Shown: positions 1 through 9,163 of the stretch, in pieces
Layout: every line of letters starts with the position of its first letter
Numbering within the stretch: position 1 is the stretch's first letter
Origin: a virus
Taxonomy: Duplodnaviria > Caudoviricetes
Reading direction: 5' to 3' (one strand)
Virus record (IMG/VR): IMGVR_UViG_3300003972_000407
Location: 1-48,733 of that record
DNA length: 48,733 bases
Notes under the pieces: model-generated
The model's database searches: none
Told to the model about the DNA's origin: nothing
What the model saw: only the letters and a program-made list of their open reading frames with translations
Translations under genes and position numbers: made by a program

Positions 1-230
1 GGGGGCGCCTCGGGGATCGGTCGAGGCGGCGCTCCAGGTTCAGGCTGTAGCGTCGGCGGCCTGAACGGGTCGAAGCGATCGGGCTCGGTGAGCACCGGCT
101 CGTTTGCGACGGGATTCACGACCGGAATCGGCTCGCGCGGGCGCGATGGTGGCGTGACCTTCGAGGGCTCGGGCGGCGTGAGGTCGTCGGTGACGCCGTA
201 CCGTCCGAGGGGTGTGATCGAGAGCGCCAT
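1..230 (-). CDS. Pro-rich hypothetical protein (5' part; runs off window)
   Basis: ATG at 230, MALSITPLGRYGVTDDLTPPEPSKVTPPSRPREP...; open to the window edge. Confidence 0.55.
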   Translation of the reverse strand, partial: MALSITPLGRYGVTDDLTPPEPSKVTPPSRPREPIPVVNPVANEPVLTEPDRFDPFRPPTLQPEPGAPPRPIPEAP

Positions 231-243
231 ACCCGCGAGCCTA

Positions 244-510
244 TCACGTCGGCTTTTTACGCAGCTCCTCGAAGTTTGGCGGGGGCTCTAGGTCTAGTTC
301 GAGGTCGGCGATCACCGTCTGGATACGCTCTCTCTGCCGGCGACGCATGAGCGCGTCCTCCATGCGCGCTGCCTCACGACCGAGGTTGTAGAGTAGGTTG
401 AGCTGATCGACGGTGACCGCCACAACGCCCGGCATGCCCGGAATCGAGGGAAGCGAGATCGGCCCGACGATATGGCCGTTCTTGTCCAGCTTGAACGGCC
501 CGTCGTTCAT
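244..510 (-). CDS. hypothetical protein
   Basis: MNDGPFKLDKNG... start overlaps stop of upstream ORF (ATGA); SD-like GGAAG. Confidence 0.6.
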   Translation of the reverse strand: MNDGPFKLDKNGHIVGPISLPSIPGMPGVVAVTVDQLNLLYNLGREAARMEDALMRRRQRERIQTVIADLELDLEPPPNFEELRKKPT

Positions 511-884
511 GACTTCCCGTTTGTTTGAATGCGGAATTGATAGTGGTTGCCCACGTTCCCGGCGTCGAGCCACGCGAGGTACGCCTCGGCTACGTCGAGG
601 TCGATAAACGAGCCGCCCTGGTACGAGACGTAGATGACGTAGACGCGAGTCCCGATCCCGCGCGCGCTCGCGTTGTAGAAGGCACGGATCCCCGTGCCCG
701 TCTTGTCGACGATCCATCGGTCCGTTTTCTTGTCGTAGTGCTTCGACGGGTTCAGCTTCGGGTCGTGCTCGATGCGTTGCAGGTGTGCATCGATGCGCTC
801 ACCGATCTCCTTTGCACGCTGCGTCTTCGTCGGCGGTTTCGGTTTCTTTGGCTTGTGGTGGTGCCCTGAACGTACGAGCGGCAT
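507..884 (-). CDS. hypothetical protein
   Basis: 125 aa ORF in a tightly packed minus-strand operon, GGAGG upstream. Confidence 0.7.
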   Translation of the reverse strand: MPLVRSGHHHKPKKPKPPTKTQRAKEIGERIDAHLQRIEHDPKLNPSKHYDKKTDRWIVDKTGTGIRAFYNASARGIGTRVYVIYVSYQGGSFIDLDVAEAYLAWLDAGNVGNHYQFRIQTNGKS

Positions 885-887
885 CGG

Positions 888-1337
888 TTACCTCCGGGCA
901 GCCTCGGTGATCTGGTCGACGAGGCGTTGCAGGGCCTCTGCGATCTCCAGGACGTCTTGCGGAGTCGATGGAGCGCTGTCTGCGGCGCGCGGAGGCTCGG
1001 TGCGGCGAGTCGCGGCGCCGACGCGGCTCTCCAGCTCTTGGAGGCGCTTGATCGCCGTGGTGAGCGCTCCAGTGATGTCCTCGGGCGGCGCGTTCGCGGG
1101 TAACGCGAGCAGGGCAGTCACGCGGTCGATAACGGCCTCGTGCGTCTCACTCTTGACCTTGACGCGGGTCGCATTTTCGAGGAGCGCGACGCAAGTGCGC
1201 GCCCATTGCTCGAAGAGGGGGTCCGCGGGGCTCAAGCCGGCGACGCGCGCCGACGCTGCGATCACCGATCCTCGCATCAGCTTGAGCTGCTCGATGATGA
1301 AGTCGATGGGCTTCTGCTCGGGCTTCTGCTCGCTCAT
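888..1337 (-). CDS. hypothetical coiled-coil protein
   Basis: MSEQKPEQKP start overlaps integrase stop; AAAGGAG SD. Confidence 0.7.
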   Translation of the reverse strand: MSEQKPEQKPIDFIIEQLKLMRGSVIAASARVAGLSPADPLFEQWARTCVALLENATRVKVKSETHEAVIDRVTALLALPANAPPEDITGALTTAIKRLQELESRVGAATRRTEPPRAADSAPSTPQDVLEIAEALQRLVDQITEAARR

Positions 1338-2350
1338 GGGGCTCCTTTCTGGAGTGGATTGGCCCGAAGCGTCTGGGTGACGAGTTCGGCGAGCCACTTC
1401 GGGGTAGAGTTGCGGATCGGGTTGACGTCACGATGGATGTACGTCTCCATCGCGCCGGGGCGGATCTGCATACCGCCGAGGGCGATCGCGGTGACCTTGT
1501 GCCCGGTGATCGCGGAGATGTCGAACGGCGTGAGATCAGCCTGCGAGCGCCACGAGATGAAGGTGTGGCGGAGCATGTGCGGGTTGACGTGACGGATGCC
1601 GGCGAGTTTGGCGCGCTTGGCGACGATCTCGTTGATGCCGGTGTCGGTGAGCGGCGCCTCGCCCGGCTCGTAGCGTACGCCGCGATCGTCGCGCACAGCG
1701 GTGAAGCGACGGAACACCGGACCGCTCGTGATGCGCCGTCGGCGCAACCACTCGATCCACCCGTCGAGTGCGAGCTTCGCAGTGTCGCTGAGTGGAACGT
1801 TGAACATCTGCTCGCCGCCTTCGCCTTTGATCGGCACCTTGATCGCCGGGTAACCGCGACGCGCATTGATCTCCTCGATCCGCGCGCCGCGGAGACTCAT
1901 GCGGCGCATGCCGGTCTCCAGCGCGAGTACGAGCATCGTGAAGTCGCGGCGGTCGGCCGGCGTCTCGAACCGCTCGCCGGGCGCGCAGGCCGCGAGTAGA
2001 TCGCGCGCCTCGTCCTCGGAGAGAATCGGCGCGGCGTCCTCGTCGTCGGCGTCCTTCGCCTTGCCGCGGCGCTTCTGCACGATCGCGAAGTCGTTCGCCG
2101 GGTTGTTGGTCTTCGTCGCGTACCAGCGCGACACGTAGCGCAGGCTCGCGAGGTACGTGTTGGCGCTTTGCGGCTTGATGCCGCCCTCGATGAGCGAGTC
2201 ATACCACTCTTGCGCCTTGTCACGCGTCCAGTTCTTCGGATCGGAGCCCGCGAATTCGACGAATCGATCGATCACGAGCGCGTATTTGCTGCGTGTGACG
2301 GGCGAGAACCCCGAGCGGTCGAGGATCTGATGGAGAACGGTCTTAGCCAT
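1334..2350 (-). CDS. tyrosine recombinase/integrase (XerC/D-like)
   Basis: N-terminal SAM-like core-binding region. Catalytic motifs LETGMRR (R), KGE (K), HMLRHTF (HxxR), ITGH (H/W), METY (Y). Confidence 0.93.
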   Translation of the reverse strand: MAKTVLHQILDRSGFSPVTRSKYALVIDRFVEFAGSDPKNWTRDKAQEWYDSLIEGGIKPQSANTYLASLRYVSRWYATKTNNPANDFAIVQKRRGKAKDADDEDAAPILSEDEARDLLAACAPGERFETPADRRDFTMLVLALETGMRRMSLRGARIEEINARRGYPAIKVPIKGEGGEQMFNVPLSDTAKLALDGWIEWLRRRRITSGPVFRRFTAVRDDRGVRYEPGEAPLTDTGINEIVAKRAKLAGIRHVNPHMLRHTFISWRSQADLTPFDISAITGHKVTAIALGGMQIRPGAMETYIHRDVNPIRNSTPKWLAELVTQTLRANPLQKGAP

Positions 2351-2351
2351 G

Positions 2352-2840
2352 TCAGTAGTTGTCGTGGAGCTTGAAGCTCACGGGTGCTGCGAGGGCAAGC
2401 ACGGCGTCAGCGAGGCGCTTCGTCGTCTCCTCGCGCTTGCGCCTGGTGATCGCGTCCTTCACCCATGGCGGATCGGGGAGCTGGATGCGCATGTTCTTGA
2501 TCGTTTCCCACCACATGACCTCGCCCCAGCGCGCGACGTCGTACTCGATGCTGAAGCGCTCGCAGACGATCCACTCGACGGCGCGCGCCATCAGCTCCAT
2601 GCCGATTAGCTCGGCGTTGAGCTTGTTCGCGCGCCGAACAATCGCCTTGTGGATGCGCTCGCGGGTCCACGGACCCCGCACGTTGCAGAAGAGCGCGTGG
2701 TGCGCCTCGTGGGCGGCGTCGCGTAGGTCGGCGGGCGTGCCTTCCTCGTGCGGGCGATAGCCCTTGGCGTAGATCGCGTCGTAGAGCTTCTGCGCCTCGG
2801 CGCTCAGTGGTGCGAGAACGAGCTTGGGGTGGCCGAACAT
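2352..2840 (-). CDS. hypothetical protein with HExxH motif (possible Zn metallopeptidase)
   Basis: AAHEAHHAL followed by ELMARAVE; AAGGAG SD before the start. Confidence 0.6.
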   Translation of the reverse strand: MFGHPKLVLAPLSAEAQKLYDAIYAKGYRPHEEGTPADLRDAAHEAHHALFCNVRGPWTRERIHKAIVRRANKLNAELIGMELMARAVEWIVCERFSIEYDVARWGEVMWWETIKNMRIQLPDPPWVKDAITRRKREETTKRLADAVLALAAPVSFKLHDNY

Positions 2841-2928
2841 CACGAGTTCTCCTTGGGTAAAAGTCAGTCGTCGGGGTTCCACGGGCAACGGCCTTCGCGG
2901 ATCACCCGGCTCAGTTCAAAAGGGCGTG

Positions 2929-5133
2929 TCACGACGTGCTCCGACGTGATGTCGACCGTCTCGGTCTACGGGGCAGAGACGCCCCGGCCGCGCACCCCGA
3001 GATCCTTTTCAGCATGTCAGATGCAGCAGCAATGCGTAACGACAACTCAACTTCACGCGACCAAGTGTCGGCGAGCAGATTGACCGCTACGCGCGCAAAA
3101 TGACCTGCCAGCAAGCAGCGTTCGTCGCCAACGCCAACCTTCACTCCAGCGGCGCGCATCTGCTCCAAGTCCTTTGCGACCGCGTCGGCGCAATCTGCTG
3201 CAACGAATGGCAGTTGCATCTGCAAACGGCGCCGAGACCGACGAGCAAGCCGTCGGCAGACAAACACCGTATCGAGCACCGATGAACTAGTGCCCGAGAT
3301 GTGCAGCGAAGCTGCCATTTCCGCGGCGGCGGGAAGAGTCGCGACGCAATCGAGCCCAGCATCAAGAATCGCAACCACGAGCGGCACGTAGGCGAGTGGA
3401 TCATTGTGATGATACGTAAATACGAAGGGCGCCCCAGGCTTCAGCGCTTCAGCGAAGTGGCTAAAAACCTCGCTCAACCCTCCCGTAAAATGCGTGAGGT
3501 CGCGCCCAAGCGTTTCATTTCCGGTCAGTTCACTCGATGACCGTGTGGTGATCGCATCAAATCCTTCCACGTCGCCAGCAAGGCCGAGACGGAGCCAACT
3601 GAAGCAGAAGTCGATCAGCTCTGCGTATTGGACGTTGTCGAAGTACGGCGGATCTGTAAAAACACCGTCGAGGCTTCCTCTCGCAACTGGTGCCGTCTGG
3701 GCAGGAGCGTTGATGAGGCATGCCTGTTTGTGCGTTGAGTTTGGTTGAATTCGAGAAACTAGCCGAGCGGAGATCGTTTCCCCTGGAATCTTCACGATCT
3801 CTTTCTTGTTACCGTTTGGTCTGACTTCGAAAGGGGCCGCGCAATACTCTTTTGCACGTATGTACTTTTCAACAAAGTGCACCCAAGAACCAGATCCCAC
3901 ACGCTCAATGCCAAGGAGATTGTTCTCGCACTGAACTAACCCAACGGGATACCCATGCACGCTGAAGATATCCTGGCACTTCAACGCGTATGTATCGTAC
4001 CGGCACAACAGGTTCTGGTATCGCAAAATGTCGGAGAACACCGTGAGCAGAGCGTGTCGTATCTCGCGCTGCGCGGTTTGCTTGACACGCGCAAGAAGCA
4101 GACCTAGCCCGAGAAGCTGCCGTGGAGTGAAGAGTTCTCGATAGCGTCGATAGCCCCATCGGTGTAAGCGATCAGTTTCGTCACCCGTCGGAATCTCCGC
4201 CGTTGGTATGGGCAGCCGCTTCTCTAGCCGTGCAAGCATGCGTTCCGCAGCTCGCGCACGATCAAGGTCAGCCGAGTCCGGCGCTTTGAACAGCCGTCCC
4301 TCGTGATCCTTGTAGCAGCGCGAGCAGTGGTACTCGATCGCCCACATGCGGTGAACCGGTGGAGCCGCAAACGAGTCGAGCTTAAACTCGCATTCGCAAT
4401 GGATGCATTCGACTCTCCGATTCCTTACGTTCCCTTCGAGGTGAACGCTAGCTCTGCATCGATTGCACTTCTTAGGATTCACTCGCGTCGGAGACTCGGT
4501 GAACTCGTTTAGCTCTCCGCATCGCGGGCAAGACAGCACATGCTTTGGGTGGCGCTCCGCCTCGGCCAGTCGATAACCTGGAAAGAGGTCCGTCGTCTTG
4601 TTGCAATGAGGGCACTTGGCTGTCTTCACCCATAGGAAGTACTTGACTTGTGCTAGGTCTCCGCACTTTAGACAGGTAGTGGCGTAGTACCTTGCGATCA
4701 CCTTCGCTACATCGTCGTGGATGCTTCGCGCTGCTCGTCGAAACGCATCGATGTCGAGGTCTGTGAGAGACTGCTGCACGATCCAGTGCGCCATCGGGTT
4801 GATGTCGCAACCAACAACATCGAAGCCGAGGCGGTTTGCTTCAAAGAGCGGGGTGCCTCCCCCCATGAATGGGTCGCCGATGGTTCCCTTAAACGAGTGA
4901 TGCTGCCAAAACGCTTTGCTCAACGGTCGATCACGACAGAACTCTGCGAGTAGCAGGCTCCGGAATATTGTTCCGGGTCGACGCGCGAACCATTTGTGGA
5001 TACCGATGACGGGACGATAGCTTTGTTGGATCTGCTTCTCTCGAAGCGCCAGCCTCGTTGCGAAGACAGCATCGAAATTGTGTTCGAGCCCTCCGGCTCG
5101 TGGTGCAGTAGCAGGTGCCATGAGCGCCTTCAC
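2929..5133 (-). CDS. DUF1156-type adenine-specific DNA methyltransferase with Zn-ribbon insert
   Basis: IHKWFARRP N-terminal motif, DPFMGGG SAM-binding motif, TDPPY catalytic motif, multiple CxxC pairs. Visibly lower GC than flanks. Confidence 0.9.
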   Translation of the reverse strand: MKALMAPATAPRAGGLEHNFDAVFATRLALREKQIQQSYRPVIGIHKWFARRPGTIFRSLLLAEFCRDRPLSKAFWQHHSFKGTIGDPFMGGGTPLFEANRLGFDVVGCDINPMAHWIVQQSLTDLDIDAFRRAARSIHDDVAKVIARYYATTCLKCGDLAQVKYFLWVKTAKCPHCNKTTDLFPGYRLAEAERHPKHVLSCPRCGELNEFTESPTRVNPKKCNRCRASVHLEGNVRNRRVECIHCECEFKLDSFAAPPVHRMWAIEYHCSRCYKDHEGRLFKAPDSADLDRARAAERMLARLEKRLPIPTAEIPTGDETDRLHRWGYRRYRELFTPRQLLGLGLLLARVKQTAQREIRHALLTVFSDILRYQNLLCRYDTYALKCQDIFSVHGYPVGLVQCENNLLGIERVGSGSWVHFVEKYIRAKEYCAAPFEVRPNGNKKEIVKIPGETISARLVSRIQPNSTHKQACLINAPAQTAPVARGSLDGVFTDPPYFDNVQYAELIDFCFSWLRLGLAGDVEGFDAITTRSSSELTGNETLGRDLTHFTGGLSEVFSHFAEALKPGAPFVFTYHHNDPLAYVPLVVAILDAGLDCVATLPAAAEMAASLHISGTSSSVLDTVFVCRRLARRSRRRLQMQLPFVAADCADAVAKDLEQMRAAGVKVGVGDERCLLAGHFARVAVNLLADTWSREVELSLRIAAASDMLKRISGCAAGASLPRRPRRSTSRRSTS

Positions 5134-5301
5134 GTGTGCCTTAGAGCACGGGACCAGCCGCGCTCGCCGGCCATCGTCTTCGGCTCGTACGTTGCGGTGT
5201 AGTTCTTCACGTCAGTCCTCCGGGTGCGGGAAACGGGAACGAGCTTGCGCGCCATGAACGACATCGCTGGAGGGTTGATCGGGTAGGCCATCGATTCTCG
5301 T

Positions 5302-5350
5302 GGTTTACTTAGTAAACCCGCTCCGATATTACGAGCTACAAATATCGGAG
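5302..5350. promoter_or_regulatory. two adjacent palindromes (operator-like)
   Basis: GGTTTACT-T-AGTAAACC (5302-5318) and CTCCGATATT-N10-AATATCGGAG (5321-5350) in an AT-richer intergenic gap. Confidence 0.5.
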
Positions 5351-5557
5351 TCCACCTCTTTCTCTACAGCCGCCCTCCGCCTCTCAGCAGGGGATCTCGC
5401 GGCGGCGATCGGAAGCTCGGGTGCTTTTCGGAAGCGTTTCCGATCGCGCCCGAACGCTACGAGCCGGCGTTTCGTATCGCGCATCGACACGCACCGAAGC
5501 GCGACGACTCGGCATGCCGCGAGATGTAGGCGGCAAGGTAGGCGCGAATTGCTCCCT

Positions 5558-5812
5558 TCAGCGCGTCGTGCTTTTTGGCGGCCGATCGAGATCGAGGTGG
5601 CGCTCAGCCTCTCGGAGAGAAAGCCACCTCTCGACCATGTCGCTGCCGTCGGTTATTTCGCCGGAACGGATGCGCGCGTCGATGTCGTCGGCTGAGACGG
5701 TGCCGTACGTCATCAGGAACCGTTGCTGCAGCTCCGCACGCTCGCGTAGATAGTCGCGCTCCGTGAACGGCGGATCGTCGAATTCTGCAAGGAGTTCGTT
5801 GATGGTCGGCAT
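5558..5812 (-). CDS. hypothetical protein
   Basis: 84 aa, natural-looking composition, co-oriented. Confidence 0.6.
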   Translation of the reverse strand: MPTINELLAEFDDPPFTERDYLRERAELQQRFLMTYGTVSADDIDARIRSGEITDGSDMVERWLSLREAERHLDLDRPPKSTTR

Positions 5813-5830
5813 CGGCCTACCGATCGCGAT

Positions 5831-6016
5831 CTACTTGGCGCGAACTTTCAAATCGTCGACGGTCAGGATCTCCATGCTCGCCGTGCGAGCGGTGAACGCA
5901 TCGTGGAGGCGCTGAGACTCGTGCTGGATACGAGAAAGATCGGCGGCCGTCAGTGTTGGCGGATCAGAAACCGTTGACACGACCTTGATCTTGTTCGTGT
6001 TGTCCTGGTTCGCCAC
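5831..6016 (-). CDS. hypothetical protein
   Basis: 61 aa, co-oriented. Confidence 0.55.
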   Translation of the reverse strand: MANQDNTNKIKVVSTVSDPPTLTAADLSRIQHESQRLHDAFTARTASMEILTVDDLKVRAK

Positions 6017-6081
6017 GGTCCACGTGTATCACTGGAAAGATCAGGCGTCAAATCGAACACCCTAGCCGCAGCCGACTCGAA

Positions 6082-6255
6082 TCACTCGCCGTACTGGCGC
6101 TTCCATTCCTCGTGCCCAGGGCAGTTGGCCGCGTGTCCGCTCACTGTGTCCGCCTCGACAACCGGCCACGCGCAGTCGCACGCTCGCAGGATCTTGATCC
6201 GCGTCTCGCGCACGGCTTTGGCCTTCGCCTTGAGCTGCTCTCTGCTGGTGCTCAT
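6082..6255 (-). CDS. small Cys/His-containing protein
   Basis: MSTSREQLK...ACDCAW...HAANCPGH; ATGA overlap with upstream stop. Confidence 0.55.
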   Translation of the reverse strand: MSTSREQLKAKAKAVRETRIKILRACDCAWPVVEADTVSGHAANCPGHEEWKRQYGE

Positions 6256-6632
6256 CGATCGTCCATCCACATGCGCATGAGGTTAGCCGAGCAGCGACCG
6301 AGGAGCTGCACCTCGTTGCTGTTGCCGTCCCGATCGAACAGAGACGCGCGCACGGCGTCCAGCTCGAACAGAAGCTCGCGCTTCGCGGGGTCGCGCACGA
6401 AGCTGCGAGCCCAGCCAACGACCACGAGGCGCTCACCAGATGTCACCTCGGTGACTTGATGCAGCGACGTCGACGGGTAGACGACCATTGAGCCCGCGGC
6501 ATGCTTGTAGCGATACTCCGAGAACGGCGTCTCGATCAGCAACTCGCCGCCGCCATACGACGCGGGAGACGTGAGCCAAAGCGTGAAGCTGACATCGCGC
6601 CGCAGGGAGTTCTCCATCATCGGCGCGTCGAC
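6252..6632 (-). pseudogene. C-terminal half of PKHD-type Fe(II)/2OG hydroxylase (YbiX/PiuC family)
   Basis: VDAPMM..RRDVSFTLWL..YGGGELLIE..GSMVVYPSTSLHQVTEVTSGERL..RELLFELD..NLMRMW. The N-terminal half and the His of HxD are missing. Confidence 0.8.
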
Positions 6633-6760
6633 GCTGCCAGACCTGGTGCCAGCATGCGAGCATGAAGATTCCGCAGAGCCCGACGAACCGCTCTTCCCAC
6701 GTCGGAAGGCGAGTCGCCACGAGATAGCCCACCACCGTGAGGACCGTGTACCAGGTAGAG

Positions 6761-7195
6761 TCAAACCGCATCGTCGTCCTCGTCCTCGTCGTCCTCGTCC
6801 TCGTCGTCGTCGTCGTCGTCGTCCTCGTCGTCGCCTTCGAGGATCACCTCATCGTCCTCGTCGTCCTCGTCGTCGTCATCTTCGAGGGAGTCAGCCTTCA
6901 CTTGATCCGGCATCGTGCGACGCGCTGCACACCCGCTCTCACTGGGCGAAGCAGGCAGCGAGATCCGTCGAAGCAGCTCAGGGATGATCACGTGCGCGAT
7001 GACGCCGTCGTAGACGGGTTCGCCGGGGAGCCACGCGTGCGCGAATTGCGCCTGCGAGAGATAGTACTTCGTCTTCTCTGCCAGCTCTTCGTTGGACAGC
7101 TTACGTGCTTCGGCGACGTCGCGCGCGTATGCGTCCTCGCGTGCCTTGATGCGCGCACGCTGTTCGGGTGAGAGGAATCGAAGGAAGTCGATCAT
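6761..7195 (-). CDS. hypothetical protein with highly acidic D/E C-terminal tail
   Basis: Ends LEDDDDEDDEDDEVILEGDDEDDDDDDDEDEDDEDEDDDAV. Confidence 0.65.
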   Translation of the reverse strand: MIDFLRFLSPEQRARIKAREDAYARDVAEARKLSNEELAEKTKYYLSQAQFAHAWLPGEPVYDGVIAHVIIPELLRRISLPASPSESGCAARRTMPDQVKADSLEDDDDEDDEDDEVILEGDDEDDDDDDDEDEDDEDEDDDAV

Positions 7196-7554
7196 CGCTT
7201 GGATCCTCCTTGCTCGACGCGCACGACCTCCTCGGCGGGCGCGAACTTCCTACAGCGCTCGATCCACGCGAGTGCGCGCTGCGCGGACTGCGCTCTTTCG
7301 ATGAGGAGCTGTTGACTCTTCTCGAAGTGCGCGAGCGCGCCCTCTCGCGTCGCGTGGAACAGGACACCGAGCGCGCTCGCCGGGAAGCGCTTACCGTGCA
7401 GACCCAACGCGCTCGCACCGAGGAGCGAGATCTGGCGATCCGATGCGGTGACGACGTTGGCCCTCTCGATGCGCCACGTTGTTTCGCCTTCGGGCGAGCT
7501 GTTCTCGACGACGCAATAAACCGGGTCTCCGGGCTTGAGCTTGACCTTGGACAC
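7192..7554 (-). CDS. hypothetical protein
   Basis: 120 aa, AAGGAG SD, overlap with next ORF. Confidence 0.65.
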   Translation of the reverse strand: MSKVKLKPGDPVYCVVENSSPEGETTWRIERANVVTASDRQISLLGASALGLHGKRFPASALGVLFHATREGALAHFEKSQQLLIERAQSAQRALAWIERCRKFAPAEEVVRVEQGGSKR

Positions 7555-7861
7555 GAGCTGTCTCCTTGTCGTTAGCAGAGGGGTCCGCCTCTCGGCGCTA
7601 GTCGTCTACGTTCATTGCGTCCGACTCGGACGGATGCCGCGCCGCACGCACTCCAAGACCACGATGATGGACAGGCGGCCGTCGGCGAACGCGGCCTCGA
7701 CCCGCTGGGTCTCGTAGCAGGGCTGCGCGACGAGATGGCGCGCGGTGCGGGCGGGGTCGCTCACGACTGCACCTCCGCGACGCCGTCGCGCTCGTAGACA
7801 GAGTACGCACCATCGCCCCAGATCTCCTCACCGACCTCTCGTTCGGCAGCGGCTCATCATC

Positions 7862-8110
7862 TCAGTCATGTATCTCTCCCTCTGCCGCCTTCATGGCGGC
7901 GTGGTGCGCTGTCGAGGTCTGCGCCCCCGTGGCCCGGCTCGACGGGCTCAGCGCGGAGGGTGCTGAGGGATCGGGATGCGCCGCGCGACCGGCCTGCTCG
8001 TACATGCGGGCACGGGCCTCCGCGCCCGGAAGTGCGCGCCTCGCTTCTGCGATAGTCCGGCGCAGGCCGGGCCCGAAAGCGTCCATCTCGGTCACAAACT
8101 TCATTGTCAT
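7862..8110 (-). CDS. hypothetical protein (possibly truncated; reads through repeat copy)
   Basis: GAGGAG-ATG at 8110 directly after repeat copy 8140-8193. Confidence 0.4.
   Translation of the reverse strand: MTMKFVTEMDAFGPGLRRTIAEARRALPGAEARARMYEQAGRAAHPDPSAPSALSPSSRATGAQTSTAHHAAMKAAEGEIHD
7901..7954 (-). repeat. 54-bp conserved intergenic repeat, copy 1
   Basis: gtggtgcgctgtcgaggtctgcgcccccgtggcccggctcgacgggctcagcgc (plus strand), identical to copies at 8140, 8981 and 17227. Confidence 0.95.
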
Positions 8111-8139
8111 CTCCTCGTTGCCGTCGCCACCGTGGCGAC

Positions 8140-8193
8140 GTGGTGCGCTGTCGAGGTCTGCGCCCCCGTGGCCCGGCTCGACGGGCTCAGCGC
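8140..8193 (-). repeat. 54-bp conserved intergenic repeat, copy 2
   Basis: Identical core; identity with copy 4 extends to 8117. Confidence 0.95.
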
Positions 8194-8210
8194 TGGTGGC
8201 GAGGATGGGG

Positions 8211-8930
8211 CTAATCCAGCACCCTCGCCCACTCGCCAGCGTCCTCAATAATGCGATCGGCGCACGAGCGCTCGACGCGGAGGCGGACGGCGCCGTTGGC
8301 GGGGTAGATGCCGCTATTGCCCGCCGCGCGATGCGACGCGCGCAGGTACTCGGGCATGTACTCGACGACCACCGTCTCACTCTCTGGACCGCGCCAGCAG
8401 CACGCCTCTCCCGACCAATAACCGCATTCGCAACCAATCTCCTCGCGGAGCTGCTCGCGGATCACGCGCTCGCACTCGGCGCGGGCCCGCGTGACGGCGT
8501 CGGCCGACTCGGGGGTGATGCCCCAACGTTCCAGAGCCGAGCGCACCTCATCAATACTGAGGGCTACGCGGCGCGGGATCTCGTCAAGGGCGTAGCCAAG
8601 CGCCAGATCGCAGACCGCGACCAGGTCTAGATCGTCGTCGGCCTCTGCCTCCTGGCGGAGGATCTCGATGTCCTCTTCGGCTTTGAGCTGCGCCCGCTCC
8701 TCGGGCGAAGCCAGCGGTGCTGTGCCGCACCACGGGCACACCCATTCCCCACGGGCATCGTCCCAGTAGCGCCCGCCATCGCGGAGCGCCGCGAAGCGCG
8801 AGTCGGTCCGCACGTGCTTGCAGCGGCACGGCGACCCGTCGGCGTGCGGCTGTGCCCAGTCCGCATTGAGGTCTGCGTCGCTGACGTAGGGGCCGAGGCG
8901 CCCACACCACGGACACTGCTTCTGAGGCAT
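8211..8930 (-). CDS. hypothetical modular protein (Zn-finger-like CPWC motifs plus shared C..RARAEC module)
   Basis: AAGGAG SD and ATG after repeat copy 3; two CPWCG; EDIEILRQEAEADDDLDLVAVCDLAL...RARAECERVI. Confidence 0.7.
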   Translation of the reverse strand: MPQKQCPWCGRLGPYVSDADLNADWAQPHADGSPCRCKHVRTDSRFAALRDGGRYWDDARGEWVCPWCGTAPLASPEERAQLKAEEDIEILRQEAEADDDLDLVAVCDLALGYALDEIPRRVALSIDEVRSALERWGITPESADAVTRARAECERVIREQLREEIGCECGYWSGEACCWRGPESETVVVEYMPEYLRASHRAAGNSGIYPANGAVRLRVERSCADRIIEDAGEWARVLD

Positions 8931-8980
8931 CTCTATCTCCTTTTCTTGCCGCTCGTGGCGGCGTGGCTGCTCGTGGCGAC

Positions 8981-9034
8981 GTGGTGCGCTGTCGAGGTCT
9001 GCGCCCCCGTGGCCCGGCTCGACGGGCTCAGCGC
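8981..9034 (-). repeat. 54-bp conserved intergenic repeat, copy 3
   Basis: Identical core. Confidence 0.95.
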
Positions 9035-9163
9035 GTGGTGTCGGTGCTAGCGCACCTAAGTCTCGACCTCCGATCATCGTCCGGTCCCTCAACCCAACCC
9101 CAGCCACCGTCCTCTACCTGCGCAGGTGGTCTCGATTCCGGGGATCGCAGCGTCGTTGGTCAT

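Noticed and set aside
1334-2350. Gene symbol xerC/xerD or intI
   Set aside because: Only family-level motifs match; I did not recognise a dif site or the IntI-specific insertion.
7901-7954. 54-bp repeat as a hammerhead ribozyme or classical attC site
   Set aside because: It is a three-way junction with CUGA but lacks the CUGANGA/GAAA core, and it has no RYYYAAC...GTTRRRY ends.
7901-9034. 54-bp repeats as a CRISPR array
   Set aside because: Spacing is irregular and gene-sized (185 bp to 8 kb), the repeat is long, and no cas genes are present.
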